From Thecamonas trahens ATCC 50062 (lineage: Eukaryota; Protista; Apusomonadida), in the NCBI RefSeq assembly GCF_000142905.1, contig NW_013657646.1, positions 309,324 to 373,323 of the forward strand: a stretch of DNA of 64,000 nt, read 5' to 3'. The translations under genes and the position numbers were made by a program. The notes under the pieces were generated by a model. It saw nothing but the letters and a program-made list of their open reading frames with translations. It did no database searches and was not told the origin of the DNA. Shown in pieces: positions 1 through 11,277 of the stretch (within the stretch, counting starts at the first letter, position 1; the number at the start of each line of letters is the position of its first letter).

Positions 1-3000
1 TGCTCAGATCTGGAGACGTACCTCTCGTCGGGCAGGCCGACTGCGGCTGATGACTTTGGCGTCGTCCTCGACTCGGCCGAGCCGTTAGTCTCGCTTGACA
101 CCTGCCTCGCGTCCAAGCGCTACACCGCTACCGCCTCGTTCCACACCCTCCACGTCCGGATCCGCCCTAGCGTTGTCAACGCCTGGCTCGACGCCGCGGC
201 GCTTGTGCCCGACCTTGGCGGCGCTGCACATGCGACAGACCTGCCAGTACCGACCGAGACTGCAGCTGCGCTGGAAGCAGTCAGCACCACTTTGTGTTTA
301 CGGTCGACCAGCTCAAAGTTGTGTTCTACCTTCCGGATGACGAGGCGCAGCTCGCGACTCTAGACCTTGCCGCCTTTGAGCTCACCGTCGCCCGCCCGGC
401 ACCCAAGCGCTACCATCTCGAGCTCACCCTCGCCGACCTCGAGCTGACGGAGAGCATGACGGCTGCCGGGAGTCCACGACAGGTGCTCGCCACTCCGACC
501 GAATATGTCATGCGGTACACAGTATCGAACGTCGACGCCGTCGCACCAGAGCACTACACTCTGGCTGCGGTCCTCGGCCAGATCGTGCTGTCCTACGACG
601 GCCTCTTCATTGCCGCCGCCTCAGACTACTTGGCGACTTTTACGGCCCTCCGTACCTTCCTCTCATCGTCGGCCAACCTTGCGCTCGAGTCGACCGTACC
701 AGGTGAGAGCGGTGATGTAGACGATGCGCCACCCTTGCTCACTGTCGACCTGACCGTCCAAGATCCGGTGCTCCTGCTGGGCGACGAGTCGGGGGACCAA
801 GGCTCGTCTTTGACCTCGGCGTCACCCATGTCACCAACGTCGGCTCGGTCTACCATGTCGACGTCAAGCGACTCAACGCGACACTTTGCTCCACCACGTC
901 CGAAACCGACACCTGTTTGCTCGGCCCCTTTGACGTAGCTCTTGTTGTCAACACCTCGCCGATCCAGCCCGAGCCACTCGAGATCGCCGGCTACTCTGTC
1001 CCGCATATCCGGACCGTGGTCACCATCGCCACCACTACCGACGTTGTTCTCGACTCTTCGCTCGATGACCTTGTCACTGTACTCGGCCTTCTCTCTGCTA
1101 GCACACCAAGCTCGTCCCTGACGGCTCCACCGGCACTCGATCTTGCTTCCGGACCAGACGCTTCGCCAAGTCCCGACTCGTCTGCTTGGGTTGTCACGCT
1201 CGACATTGGTCAGGTCAATGTCTCGATTCGCGACGCGGTCTCGCTCTCGCTCACAGGCGTTAGGTACGGCGCGGCATGGCAGCTGCCGTCGAATGGCCCT
1301 GGCCCTGTCTCGGTATCGGGCGGCGCATTTTCCCAACTGGTCTTTGCGGCCTGCGGCAACGCGCCGCCGCTTCTCTCCTCAGCCACTGCCGAGCTGGTCA
1401 CAACCGTGCCGAGCTCGCCGGCAGCACCGGCGCGGCTCAAGATCTCGCTCGGCGACTCGACGATATCGGCGTCACCGGCTGTACTTGCTTCTGTCTCGCG
1501 CACACTCACTCGCCTGTTGAGCGCGCTTCAGCATGGTGTTCAAGATGTCAGCGCTCCAGCGGCCACCGAGGCCGCTCCTGGTCGCGGCATTGAGGCCTCG
1601 GCCTCGTTCGCTTCGCTCGAGGTTGAGCTTGCCGACTCGGCACCGTTTGCCAAACTCTCACTCGCGCACTCGGAGCTCGAGTATGCGTCGCGGTGCGGCG
1701 GAGTACTGAGCGGACACCTGCATGCACTCGCCATTGCCGACGTCTCGCGCCACTCTGGCCTGCACGTCGACGTTCTCAGTCTGCCCGCAGGTGAGGCGCT
1801 CGACTTTACCGTCGCTACGGCGTACGCAGCGTATGTGGCGGAAGCGTCGGACGAGGCACTTGCTTGCGGCTACGCAGTCGAGGACGGCGCAACGCCGCCT
1901 GACGCGCTGCTTTCTGTGTCTATGGCTTCTGCGCGCGCCACCATCCTGTACCGATTTGTCATGCAAATGCTAGCGTTTGCCTACGATGCAACGTCGGCAG
2001 TCGTGGCACCAGAAGGCGCATCTGCCGCTCAGTTCTCACATGGTGAGCCTCAGCCCGCGTTCCTCCTTGGCGTGCACGTGGTGCTCGCTCAGCCAGCCTT
2101 TGTACTCCCGCGCAACTGCAAGTCTGCCGATGCGCTCCTGCTCGAAGCATCGAGGCTGAGCCTGAGTAACTCGTTCCACGATGGTCGAATCACGACCGAG
2201 TGGCGGCTAGCTCACGCGCGGCTGTCGTCGACGCACCGGCCGGACGGGACCATCATCCAGCCGACCGCACTCACCTGGGCTGTTTCGTACGACATCCAGT
2301 CTGCAGCTGAATACGTAGCGTCGCCATCGCCCTGGGCTGAGACGCTCACGCTCGAGCGATCCGCGCTCGAGCTCGAGCTCACCGGTGCCGAGTACCTGCT
2401 ACTGCAGCAGTTTACATGGGAGAACATGGCCGAAGTCCTCTGGCTGCCGTCGGGCCCGAAACAGGCGGTCTCGTCCTCACGGCTTGCCGTCCGGGCACTG
2501 ACGCCGTTTGCCACCGTGCCGAACGCGCAGCTTGATTCTACACCCGGTGCTGCGCTCCAGTTGACGCTCCAGCTCGAGTCACTGTGCCTGCAGCTGCTTG
2601 ATGAGTCTCTTGACGGTCCAGTTCCGCTTGCGCAGCTCACGTTTTCGGATCTTGCTGTGGCGTACACCTCGTTCTACTCGTGGGATGCATGGACTTGGGT
2701 CTCGGCAGCGGGAGTAACAGTGCTCGACAGCCGCAGCGATGCGGCGACGCCGTCTGAGCTTCGGGCGCTGCTAGCACCACGTGGCGTCAGCGACCGGCCG
2801 CGCCTCCAACTTGCGCTCATGACGCTGCCGTTTTCCGAGGCGCATGGTCCCGGCGGCTCGTCGCTTGAGCTTCGGCTGGCACACACGAGAGTAACTTGTG
2901 TCACTGACGTGCTGGGACGGGTTGGTAAGGTGCTTGGCGCGCAGGCGACTCAGCCGCCGCCAGAGACAGCCGCCGCAGAGCACTTGATGCGGGTCGAAGG

Positions 3001-6000
3001 CACTGGGCTCGAGGCGCTGCTGGCATCGTCGTACACCGACGGCGCCTCACCGGCGCTTGTGTCCAGACCGACGTTGTTTTGTCGACCCTAGCCGGTCCGA
3101 GCGAGTACAAGGTAGTGGCGTTGAGCTCCGGCACAGAACTGGTCTCGGTTCTCCTCAACAACGTAACCGAGAGCGCCGTGACGATTGTCGAGGCGAGCAA
3201 AGTCTCGATCGATTGGACTGACCGCAGCGGCGCCGAGCTGACTGCTGTTGTCGATGTGGCCTTTGGCGAAGCCTTTGTCTCGTACACCGACTTTAAGCTC
3301 GGTCTTTGGGTCTGGCGCAACCTGTGGCTGCCGTCGGGCTCACGGCCTCTGGGCGACGCCACACCCGTGGCCGCCACGAGCGGCAGCACCGCTGTGACCA
3401 GCCCCGCATCGCGCGACGAGCGCCTGTTCTTCTCAGCCAGGCCCCTCGAGGCGACGCTTGTTAACGACGTGACCGGACAGAACGTGCCTGTGCTCCGAAC
3501 TAGCCTTGCAGTCGAGGGCACGATCGAGGCGTGGTCTCGGCCCGATGCCATGACGCTGGCAGCGGAGGTTGCGATTGGGCTGGAGTACTTTAACCACGTG
3601 CTCTCGGGGTGGGAAAGTGTTCTCGAGCCAACGCAAGTCACCTTGAGTTACGAGGGCTGGCGGTCAACGTTTGGGATCGCGGTCAACTCACCACTGGAGG
3701 TGACCGCATCTGCGCCGATGATTGAGAGTCTCGGCCAGTGCGCCGACGCGCTCTCGGTCGAGTACGACCAGCGAGCGGCTCCGCTGGCCGAGGGCGCTGC
3801 CGGAGTGCGTGCGGATGCCTTTGCACTCACCAACATGACCGGACTTGACGTCAAGGTGGCGATGCTTGACGGGTCTGGCTCGGTCACTGTGGTGGCGGCC
3901 GGAAGCCGCGCGTCACTGGCAACCGGCTCGTTTGCGCGAGTCCGACACCGTGTGCTGGACGTCGGCTCGATGTCTGCATCGATCGAGGTGCTTGGCGAGC
4001 CGGTCGGTCCTGTCCCGCTCGATCTTGTGGGCTCGTATGTGTTCCCCGTCAAGACGCACTACGTGTTTGCAGCGGTCTCGCTCAACAGCGATGGCTCGTT
4101 TGAGACACGTTTGTGGTCAGGCCTCGCAGTGACCAACACTTGCGACGTGGCGATGGACGTGGCAATTGCAGACCAGATGTCGTCCACGGCGTCGTTCGAT
4201 CATCTCGTCCACGTGCCTGTAGGTGCTACGGTTGGCCTCCCTGTCCATCTCGTGCAGAATGCGGCGGTCTACTTTCAACCGCATTTTGGCGAGGGTGGAC
4301 CCGAGTCGGACGACGATGGTTCGTATGATGGCGACGACGATGGCAATGGCAACGGTGGGGGTGGCGATGCATTCTCGGAGCCGCTCAAGTGGCGCGAACT
4401 CCCGCTCTTACAGGGCGAGGTGTCCGAGGGCGGTGGACCGGGCGTCGAGGTGTGGACCGGCGATGGGTCGTCGACGTCGGCAGCGTCGACGTCGATGCTT
4501 GGCACGTCGTCGGTCCGTGGCTCGACTGACGGACGCAGTACCGAGGGACGGGATAATGTGCCGGAGCGGCACCACGCGCTCGCCTTTGTTGGGGTCCGGC
4601 GGCCGGGAACCGTCATCGAAGACGCATTTCTGTGGTTTGGCGTCGGCTGCCTTCCGGTTGTGGCCGAGCTCGAGACGTTTGCGGCATGCCGGACGTATCC
4701 TTGCCACCGGATGGTCATTTCCCCGGCGTACCGGGTGACAAACACGCTGCCACTGCCTGTGCGGATGAAACTGGCGACGTCCGAGGCCGGGGCCAGCGTG
4801 CCCGAGGTAGAGGCTGAGGTGGAGGCTGGCGGCGTGGTCAATGTTCACCACTTTAACCCGTCGCAGCTTGCTGGCGTTGTGCTCTGGCTTCAAGTCGCCG
4901 ACTACGCATGGTCTGCGCCCGGAGTTGTACCGCTCGCACCGTCGCGATCTGCGTTCCTTCCTTGGAAGAAGAAGCACAAGCGTGCGAGGCGATCGGGCCA
5001 GATGGTACGACTGGCAAGCCAGGGGCCGTACCGGCTGCGGCTGTTTTTCGAGACTGAGACCGATGTGTTTGGCGGCTTGCACCTGTACCTGTTTTCGCGG
5101 TACTGGCTTGTGGATGCTACACCATGGAGCCTCGTTTTTGGGCGCGGCGGTGTCAAGGTGATCGGGACAAAGGAGCTGCCAGCCACCGTGGCAGCGCCCA
5201 ACTCGAGCCGGATCCTTCTCCTAGGCGAGACCGACAACGTCAACGCGGCTCTTCCAACCGGCCAGTGGTTGGCGTCGTCGGTCAATGTCGACGCAGCCAA
5301 GCTGCGATCGGGCGTCCGCAAGGTTCGGCTAGTTGCAGCGTCGGGAACTGCAGTCGATGTGGTGGTGTCGGCGAGCGAGACGGCGTCGCGGCGGACGCGG
5401 GCGATCCGGTTTGCGCCGGCGTATGTGCTGGTCAACTCGAGCGAGCGGACGCTGGCGGTGCGGCAGGTGACATCGCATGCGCGCAAGGGCAAGGGCAAGG
5501 GCAAGGGCAAGGGCAAGGGCAAGGGCAAGGGGCCTGATCGTGACGAGTCGTCTTCAGCCGAGGCACAGGCCGCAGTCCCGCTGGTACTGCCACCAGGCGA
5601 GTGTGCGCCGTGGGTGTGGGCAAACGGCGAGGCGGCTGACATGGTGGCCATCAAGTACGAGGATCCCGAGGCAAGCGGGTGGGAGTGGTCTGCGCCATTT
5701 CCGCTCTCTGCGCTGGCCGACTTTCCGCTCAAGATTCACAACAGCGTGAGCTGTGCTGAAGAGCTGATGCGGGTGCGGATGAAGCGTGCGAGCGGTGCGG
5801 TGAGGGTCTACCTCGATGGCACCGCCGGACTGACTCCGTACCGGGTGGTCAACGCGACGCCGTTTGACGTGACGGTGCAAGAGGCCGACTCGCCTTGGAT
5901 TCTGCACGCGGAGCCCGAGAGCCAGCTAGGGCTCGTACCGCGGCTTCGCGACGACGAGGGCCACTTTAACCTGACGCTCACGCTGGCGCTCGACGGGCGC

Positions 6001-8487
6001 GACGGCGAGGTCATCGGGTCGGTCGAGTATGGGCGAGACTCGTTTGTGGCGGCAGAGCCGCACATGGTGCGGCTGTGGAGCGAGGACGAGCGAGCGGTAG
6101 ACAAGGCTGTTTGCGGCAAGTTTATGGATGACGGCCCGTGCGCTGTCCTGGTGCTGGAGGCGGTGTCGCTTGCAGAAGCCGCGGAGCGGATGGCGATAGC
6201 ACGCGGAGAGCGGGAGGCTGCGGCACTGCGGACGTACGCGATCCAATGCTCTGTGGCTGGTATTGGCCTCTCGTTGCTGGGCATAGATGCGGTGGCGGGC
6301 GGAGTGCGGACCGAGGTGGCGTACGGGCGGCTTTCCGAGCTCAATGGCCGGTTTACCGTCAACGGCTCGCGAGCAAGCGGCGAAGTGACTGTGGAGAGCA
6401 TCCAGGTCGACCGGACGCACTTTGGAACCGAGTTTCCTGTCCTCCTACACTGCCGGCCGCGCAAGATGCGGGACCGACGCAGCCGCGGCGGCAAGGAGCG
6501 CAAGTACGAGCCGGCGCTCACTCTGTCAGGTGCATGGATTTCGGACCACCCGTCGGTGTACTATGTCGAGTATGTGGTTGTCGACGCAGCGCCGCTCTCG
6601 GTACAGGCGACGGTGGAGGATGTGCAGACGCTGACAGCGCTCGGGGCTACACTCGGGCGTGGAGGCGGGAGCGGTGATGGGAGTGGGAGTGGCGACGGCG
6701 CAGTCGGTGACGAGGTCATCGACGAAGCGGGGCCTGTTGATGCGCGCCCAGTCTACTTTTCGTTTGTCTCCCTGCCTGCCATTGCCGTGAGTGTGACGGT
6801 GACGTTTGCCGAGACGGACGCTGTGGCACGGAGCTCCGGACAGAGTGGGTCGTCGACGCCGCGCGGCGGCTCGTCGCGCAAGTCGCGGATGCTGTTTGCA
6901 CTGGGAGAGATGTTCTCGTCGATTGACCATGCTCCGCTGCGGCTCTCTGCGCTAGTCCTCGAGCGGCGGGTGGTCTCCCAGGAGCTCCTTTGGCAGCTCA
7001 TCGCGGCGCACTACCGGCACGAGGGCATGACGCAAGTGTACAAACTCCTCGGCTCTGCCGAGGCGCTGGGTAATCCTGTGGGCCTTGTAGCAGACCTCAA
7101 GACCGGGGTCAAGGATGCGTTCTACGAGCCGGCCATCGGGATGCGGCGCGGGCCCGAGGCATTTGCCTCGGGCTTGGTCCGCGGTGGCGGCTCGTTGGTC
7201 AAGCACACGCTCCACGGAGTGTTCAACACTTCGTCCAAGCTAATCCGGACTGCAGCACGCGGGGTGGGCGCTCTCTCGATGGACTCGGAGTACATGCGGA
7301 AGCGGCGGGCGGAGCAGCAGCTCAACGTGCCGAAGCATGTGGTGTCGGGGCTGGGGCTCGGGCTCAAACGGTTCGCGACGGGAGTGATCGGCGGAGTGAC
7401 TGGGCTCGTCACCTCGCCGTACAAGGAGACGAAGAAGGGCAAGGCGTCGGGCGGAGCCAAGGGCGCGGCCAAGGGCTTTTTCAAAGGAGTGGGCAAGGGC
7501 CTCTCCGGAGTGATCTTCAAGCCGGCTGGCGGAGCGCTGGAGCTTGCGGCAACGACGGTCGAGGGGCTGAAGAACACGACAACGGTGTTTGACAAGAAGC
7601 CGAAGGCTGCGCGGCTGGAGCGGCATGTGCCGGGCGGGGCGACCGTGGCGCCGTACGACGAGGAGAGCGCGCACGCACAGCATGTGTTGCGGCACTTTCT
7701 GGCGTCACGCAAGCAGCCGTGGGCAGCCGAGCCGCTGGTGGCGCACATTCCGTGTGCTGAGCGGGCGATGGTTATTCTCTCGGTGCTCCGGCTGGTGTGC
7801 GTAGTCAACGCGAACCCGGCCAAGCCGCGCAAGGTCAAGCTGGTCTGGTCCGTCCTTCGCGAAGACGTGGCACGAATCGAGTTTGACGACGCGAGGCAGG
7901 CTGCGCGGCTGCTGGTGCGGACGCGTGTGGATGCGCTTGAGGTTGTGGCGCGGAGTGCGGCGGCGTACGTGGCGCTGAAGGGAGCGCTTGGCCCGGACGC
8001 TGGCCAGCGGCGGATGCACGCGTTTGCAGCCGGCGTCTTTGTTCCACCGGATGGACTCACCATTACCGGTGCGGAGACGCGGCATGTATACCTTATGGAA
8101 GACGGGCAGCGGTGGCTGGTGACGGCCGCGGTGCTAGCGTACCGCGGCTACGACGATGCGCTCGCGGTTGTGCTTCCGGACGCCGAAGTGCTGCGGATCG
8201 CGTACGGCGGCGAGCGGGCGTACGTCGACGCCCACGAGCTCCCTCCAGATGGCTGCTATGTGGTGGTTGAGCGACGCGATCGCGGACGCAAGTGGCTCGC
8301 GCGGATGTCGCGCAAGAAGCGCAAGGCCAAGCCGGCCGAAGTTGTCGGTGTGTGGCGCATGGTCGACGGCGAGCGCGAGTGGGTCGGGGAGCAGTCCGAT
8401 TGCATCCCTCCCGAAGCTGAGCTAACCCGGATCAGCGAAGACGCACTTCGTGCCATCCCCACTGCTGGCAGAGCTGCACCACAATGA
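1..8487 (+). CDS. VPS13: VPS13-family bulk lipid transfer protein, 5'-truncated by the window edge; read through three apparent 1-nt deletions (~282, ~791, ~3060)
   Basis: Frame 1 is open from base 1 and joins ORFs 294..938, 917..3091 and 3079..8487 by -1 shifts. Repair at 791 gives [25 protein letters not shown], a typical VPS13 repeat. VAB repeats are present ([30 protein letters not shown]), as are the C-terminal [27 protein letters not shown] and ATG2_C-like [24 protein letters not shown], followed by a PH-like region. Confidence 0.9.
5485..5532 (+). repeat. (AAGGGC)x8 coding microsatellite encoding (KG)8 within VPS13
   Basis: Directly visible tandem hexamer. Confidence 0.95.
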
Positions 8488-8629
8488 AGTATGGTCATGG
8501 ATCGTATCCGGCTGTGGCCCAGCCCGGCCTTGCGAGGCGTCGCGCTGGTTCAAAGATGAGTTTTGCTGAGTGTGAGGCAAGGTTTCGAGGTGCGGCTGGT
8601 ATTGGCACCTGCTTCTCTCTCGCACCCGA

Positions 8630-10019
8630 ATGTCGAGACGTGCATTGAAGTCGAGCTCTTCAGAGCGCAAGCGCGGACGGACTCGGCAGCGGAAGATTTG
8701 CTTCGGCAACACATATGTACCCATTCGCAAGATTGGCTCGGGCTCCTTTGGCGATATTTACCTTGGTACCGACCTCAAGTCGGGTGAGGAGGTGGCGATC
8801 AAGTTGGTAGGTTGGTGTGGCGCGTTGGGGGGGGGGGGAAGTGGGCGGCTATAACTGATGTGGACTGGGTCGTTGGGCGCCGGGGTGGGTTTAGGAGCCG
8901 CGGCGGACGCGGCATCCGCAGCTGCAGTCTGAAATGATGCTGTATCGGATTCTGTCTGGCGGGATCGGGATCCCGCACGTGCGGTGGTTCGGGCACGACG
9001 GCGACTACAACGTGCTGGTGATGGACCTGCTCGGCCCGTCGCTGGAAGACCAGCACCAGGTGTGTGGGCGCAAGTTCTCGCTCAAAACGGTGCTGATGCT
9101 GGCTGAGCAGCTGATCACCCGGTTCGAGTACATCCACTCGCGGCATCTCATCCATCGTGACGTCAAGCCCAACAACCTGCTCATGGGGCTCGGCAAGCAC
9201 GCCGGCGAGGTCAACGTCATCGACTTTGGTCTCTCGAAGCGGTACATCGACCCGCGGACGGGCAAGCACATCAAGTACAAGGAGGGCAAGAATCTGACGG
9301 GCACAGCGCGGTACGCGTCGATCAACACACACATTGGCATCGAGCAGTCGCGGCGTGACGATCTGGAGTCGCTCGGCTACGTCCTGCTGTATCTGCTCCG
9401 CGGCTCGCTGCCTTGGCAGGGCCTCAAGGCAGCCAACAAGAAGCAAAAGTACGACAAGATTCGCGACAAGAAGCTCGAGGTCCTCGTCGACGACCTGTGC
9501 GCCGGTCTCCCCGACGAGTTTGTCAAGTACATCACCTACACTCGCTCGCTCCGGTTCGACGAGCGCCCGGACTACGACTACTGCCGCATCATCTTCCGCG
9601 ACCTCTTTATCCGCGAGGGCTACGCCTACGACTACGTCTACGACTGGACCGTGCTCGATGACGAAGAGGCCAGCGCGGCCACATCATCGGCGGCTCCCCC
9701 GGCCACGCCACCGGCTGCCGCCTCGGGCGCAGGCGTCTCCAACGTCGCCCGCAACGGCTCGGCCATGACCCCGATGACTTCGGACGGCCGCGCCCACGTC
9801 AGCCAGTCGCCGTCGTCGACCCGGGTCAACACCACCCCGGCCCGCGACCCGCGCTCCAGCTCCACCCGCGACAAGCGCCGCAAGCGCCGCTCCGACGAGC
9901 GCACCACCCGAGTCACCGGCGTCCCACCAGCCTCGTCCTCGTCGCCCTCGGCCCCCCCGACCGGCTCGCAGCTCCGGTCCGGCTCACGGTCGCGGCTCCG
10001 CGAGTCGCGGCGGTCGTGA
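8630..10019 (+). CDS. CK1: Casein kinase 1 (CK1 family); exons 8630-8806 and 8895-10019
   Basis: [13 protein letters not shown]...VAIKL, intron GTAGGT(8807)..TTAG(8894), then [44 protein letters not shown] and [13 protein letters not shown]. Ser/Pro/Arg-rich C-tail. Confidence 0.96.
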
Positions 10020-10076
10020 CCGGCTTGCCTTTCTCATTCTCCCCACACATCCGCACTCCTCTCTAACACACCGACC

Positions 10077-11039
10077 ATGTCGTGCGTCCCTCCCGAGTGG
10101 GAGCATGTAGCCGCCTCGGCCGGTCGTGTCGCCCAGAAGCTGCCGCAGCTTGCTGCCGTCTTGCGTGCGGCTGCGCGTGCGGCGGTGACCGCGTCGGCCG
10201 ACGCCAACGCCGCCTCGACCGCCAAGATCGCCGCGCTCACCCAGCAGCTCGAAGAGGCCAAGGGCGCGTTGGCGACGTCAAACAGCAAACTTACCGCGCT
10301 CGAGGCCGTCGTGGTAGCGGCGGGCCCGCGGCTAGCAGCGGTGGATGCTGCCGATGCTGCCCGCCTTGCCGCCGAAAAAGGTCGTGAAACCGCGCTCGCC
10401 GACGCTGCCGCCGCTCGCCACGACATCGCCGCCGCACTCGCCGCCGCCGCCTCCGCACGTGCCGACGCTGACGCTGCACGTGCTGCATCTACAGAGAAAG
10501 ACGTCGAACATGCTGCCGCCATGGCGGCCGCCACAGACTCGATCGTCAAGCTGGAGAAGGCCGTGGCGCGACTCGAGGCCAAGGAGCTCGTCCTCCTCCG
10601 CGCCGCCACCAAGGCCAAGGCCGCGGCTAGCAAGCTCCGCAAACAGTTGCGCGCCGCAAACGCCACACGCGGCGATGCTGGGGGCGTGACCAAGCGATCA
10701 CGCGCTGCGCGGTCGCCACATCCCGAGGCTGCTGCCCCAGCATCGCCTGGCCGTCCGCGGAAGCGGGTTCGCGCGTCGCGACCGGCGCGTCGCGCGCCTC
10801 CGGGAGCACCCGGCGCACCGTCGACCACCACACACGCGCCCACGCTTCCGCAGTCTCAGAGCCCCCGGGCATCGCGACCGCGCACCGATCTCGATGTTCT
10901 GGCCTTTGGCCTTCCGCCTCGCGGCGCAAGCGAGCCATCCGACAGCAGCAGCTCGAGCTCCGAGGTGGTGGAGTCAATCTCCGACTCGTGCTCGAGTTGC
11001 GGGGAGGCCTCGGACGAGCATATTCACAGCCCGAGGTAG
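10077..11039 (+). CDS. Hypothetical Ala-rich coiled-coil protein with basic, disordered C-terminus
   Basis: 320-aa ATG-initiated ORF with heptad pattern and coding-like GC3 bias, between the CK1 stop and the next gene. Confidence 0.6.
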   Translation: MSCVPPEWEHVAASAGRVAQKLPQLAAVLRAAARAAVTASADANAASTAKIAALTQQLEEAKGALATSNSKLTALEAVVVAAGPRLAAVDAADAARLAAEKGRETALADAAAARHDIAAALAAAASARADADAARAASTEKDVEHAAAMAAATDSIVKLEKAVARLEAKELVLLRAATKAKAAASKLRKQLRAANATRGDAGGVTKRSRAARSPHPEAAAPASPGRPRKRVRASRPARRAPPGAPGAPSTTTHAPTLPQSQSPRASRPRTDLDVLAFGLPPRGASEPSDSSSSSSEVVESISDSCSSCGEASDEHIHSPR

Positions 11040-11277
11040 GAAACCATCAAACACGGTAAGTGATGCTTCGAAGCCCCCAAGTCGGCGGATCCGCCAGGTG
11101 TGCAAGTGCATCGATCAGCCAGCTCTCCGAGTGGTGGCGGGCTTCCGACCGAGAGCCGACCCTTTCCCACCCGCCGCCGGCCAGACCGAGAGCGAGACCA
11201 AGACCTAGCGTGGTCCCCGACCCAGCACGACAACACCTGTCTTCCTCCGTCTTCTCGTGACAGCGCCCTATCTGCCC

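Noticed and set aside
791-3060. Programmed -1 ribosomal frameshifting or a VPS13 pseudogene
   Set aside because: There are no X XXY YYZ slippery sites, no accumulation of stops, and the same lesion type occurs in many unrelated housekeeping genes. Sequencing error is more parsimonious.
11060-11260. 66-aa ORF as a further frameshifted N-terminus of the FHA-ankyrin gene
   Set aside because: The frame relationship is compatible, but nothing in the sequence supports joining them.
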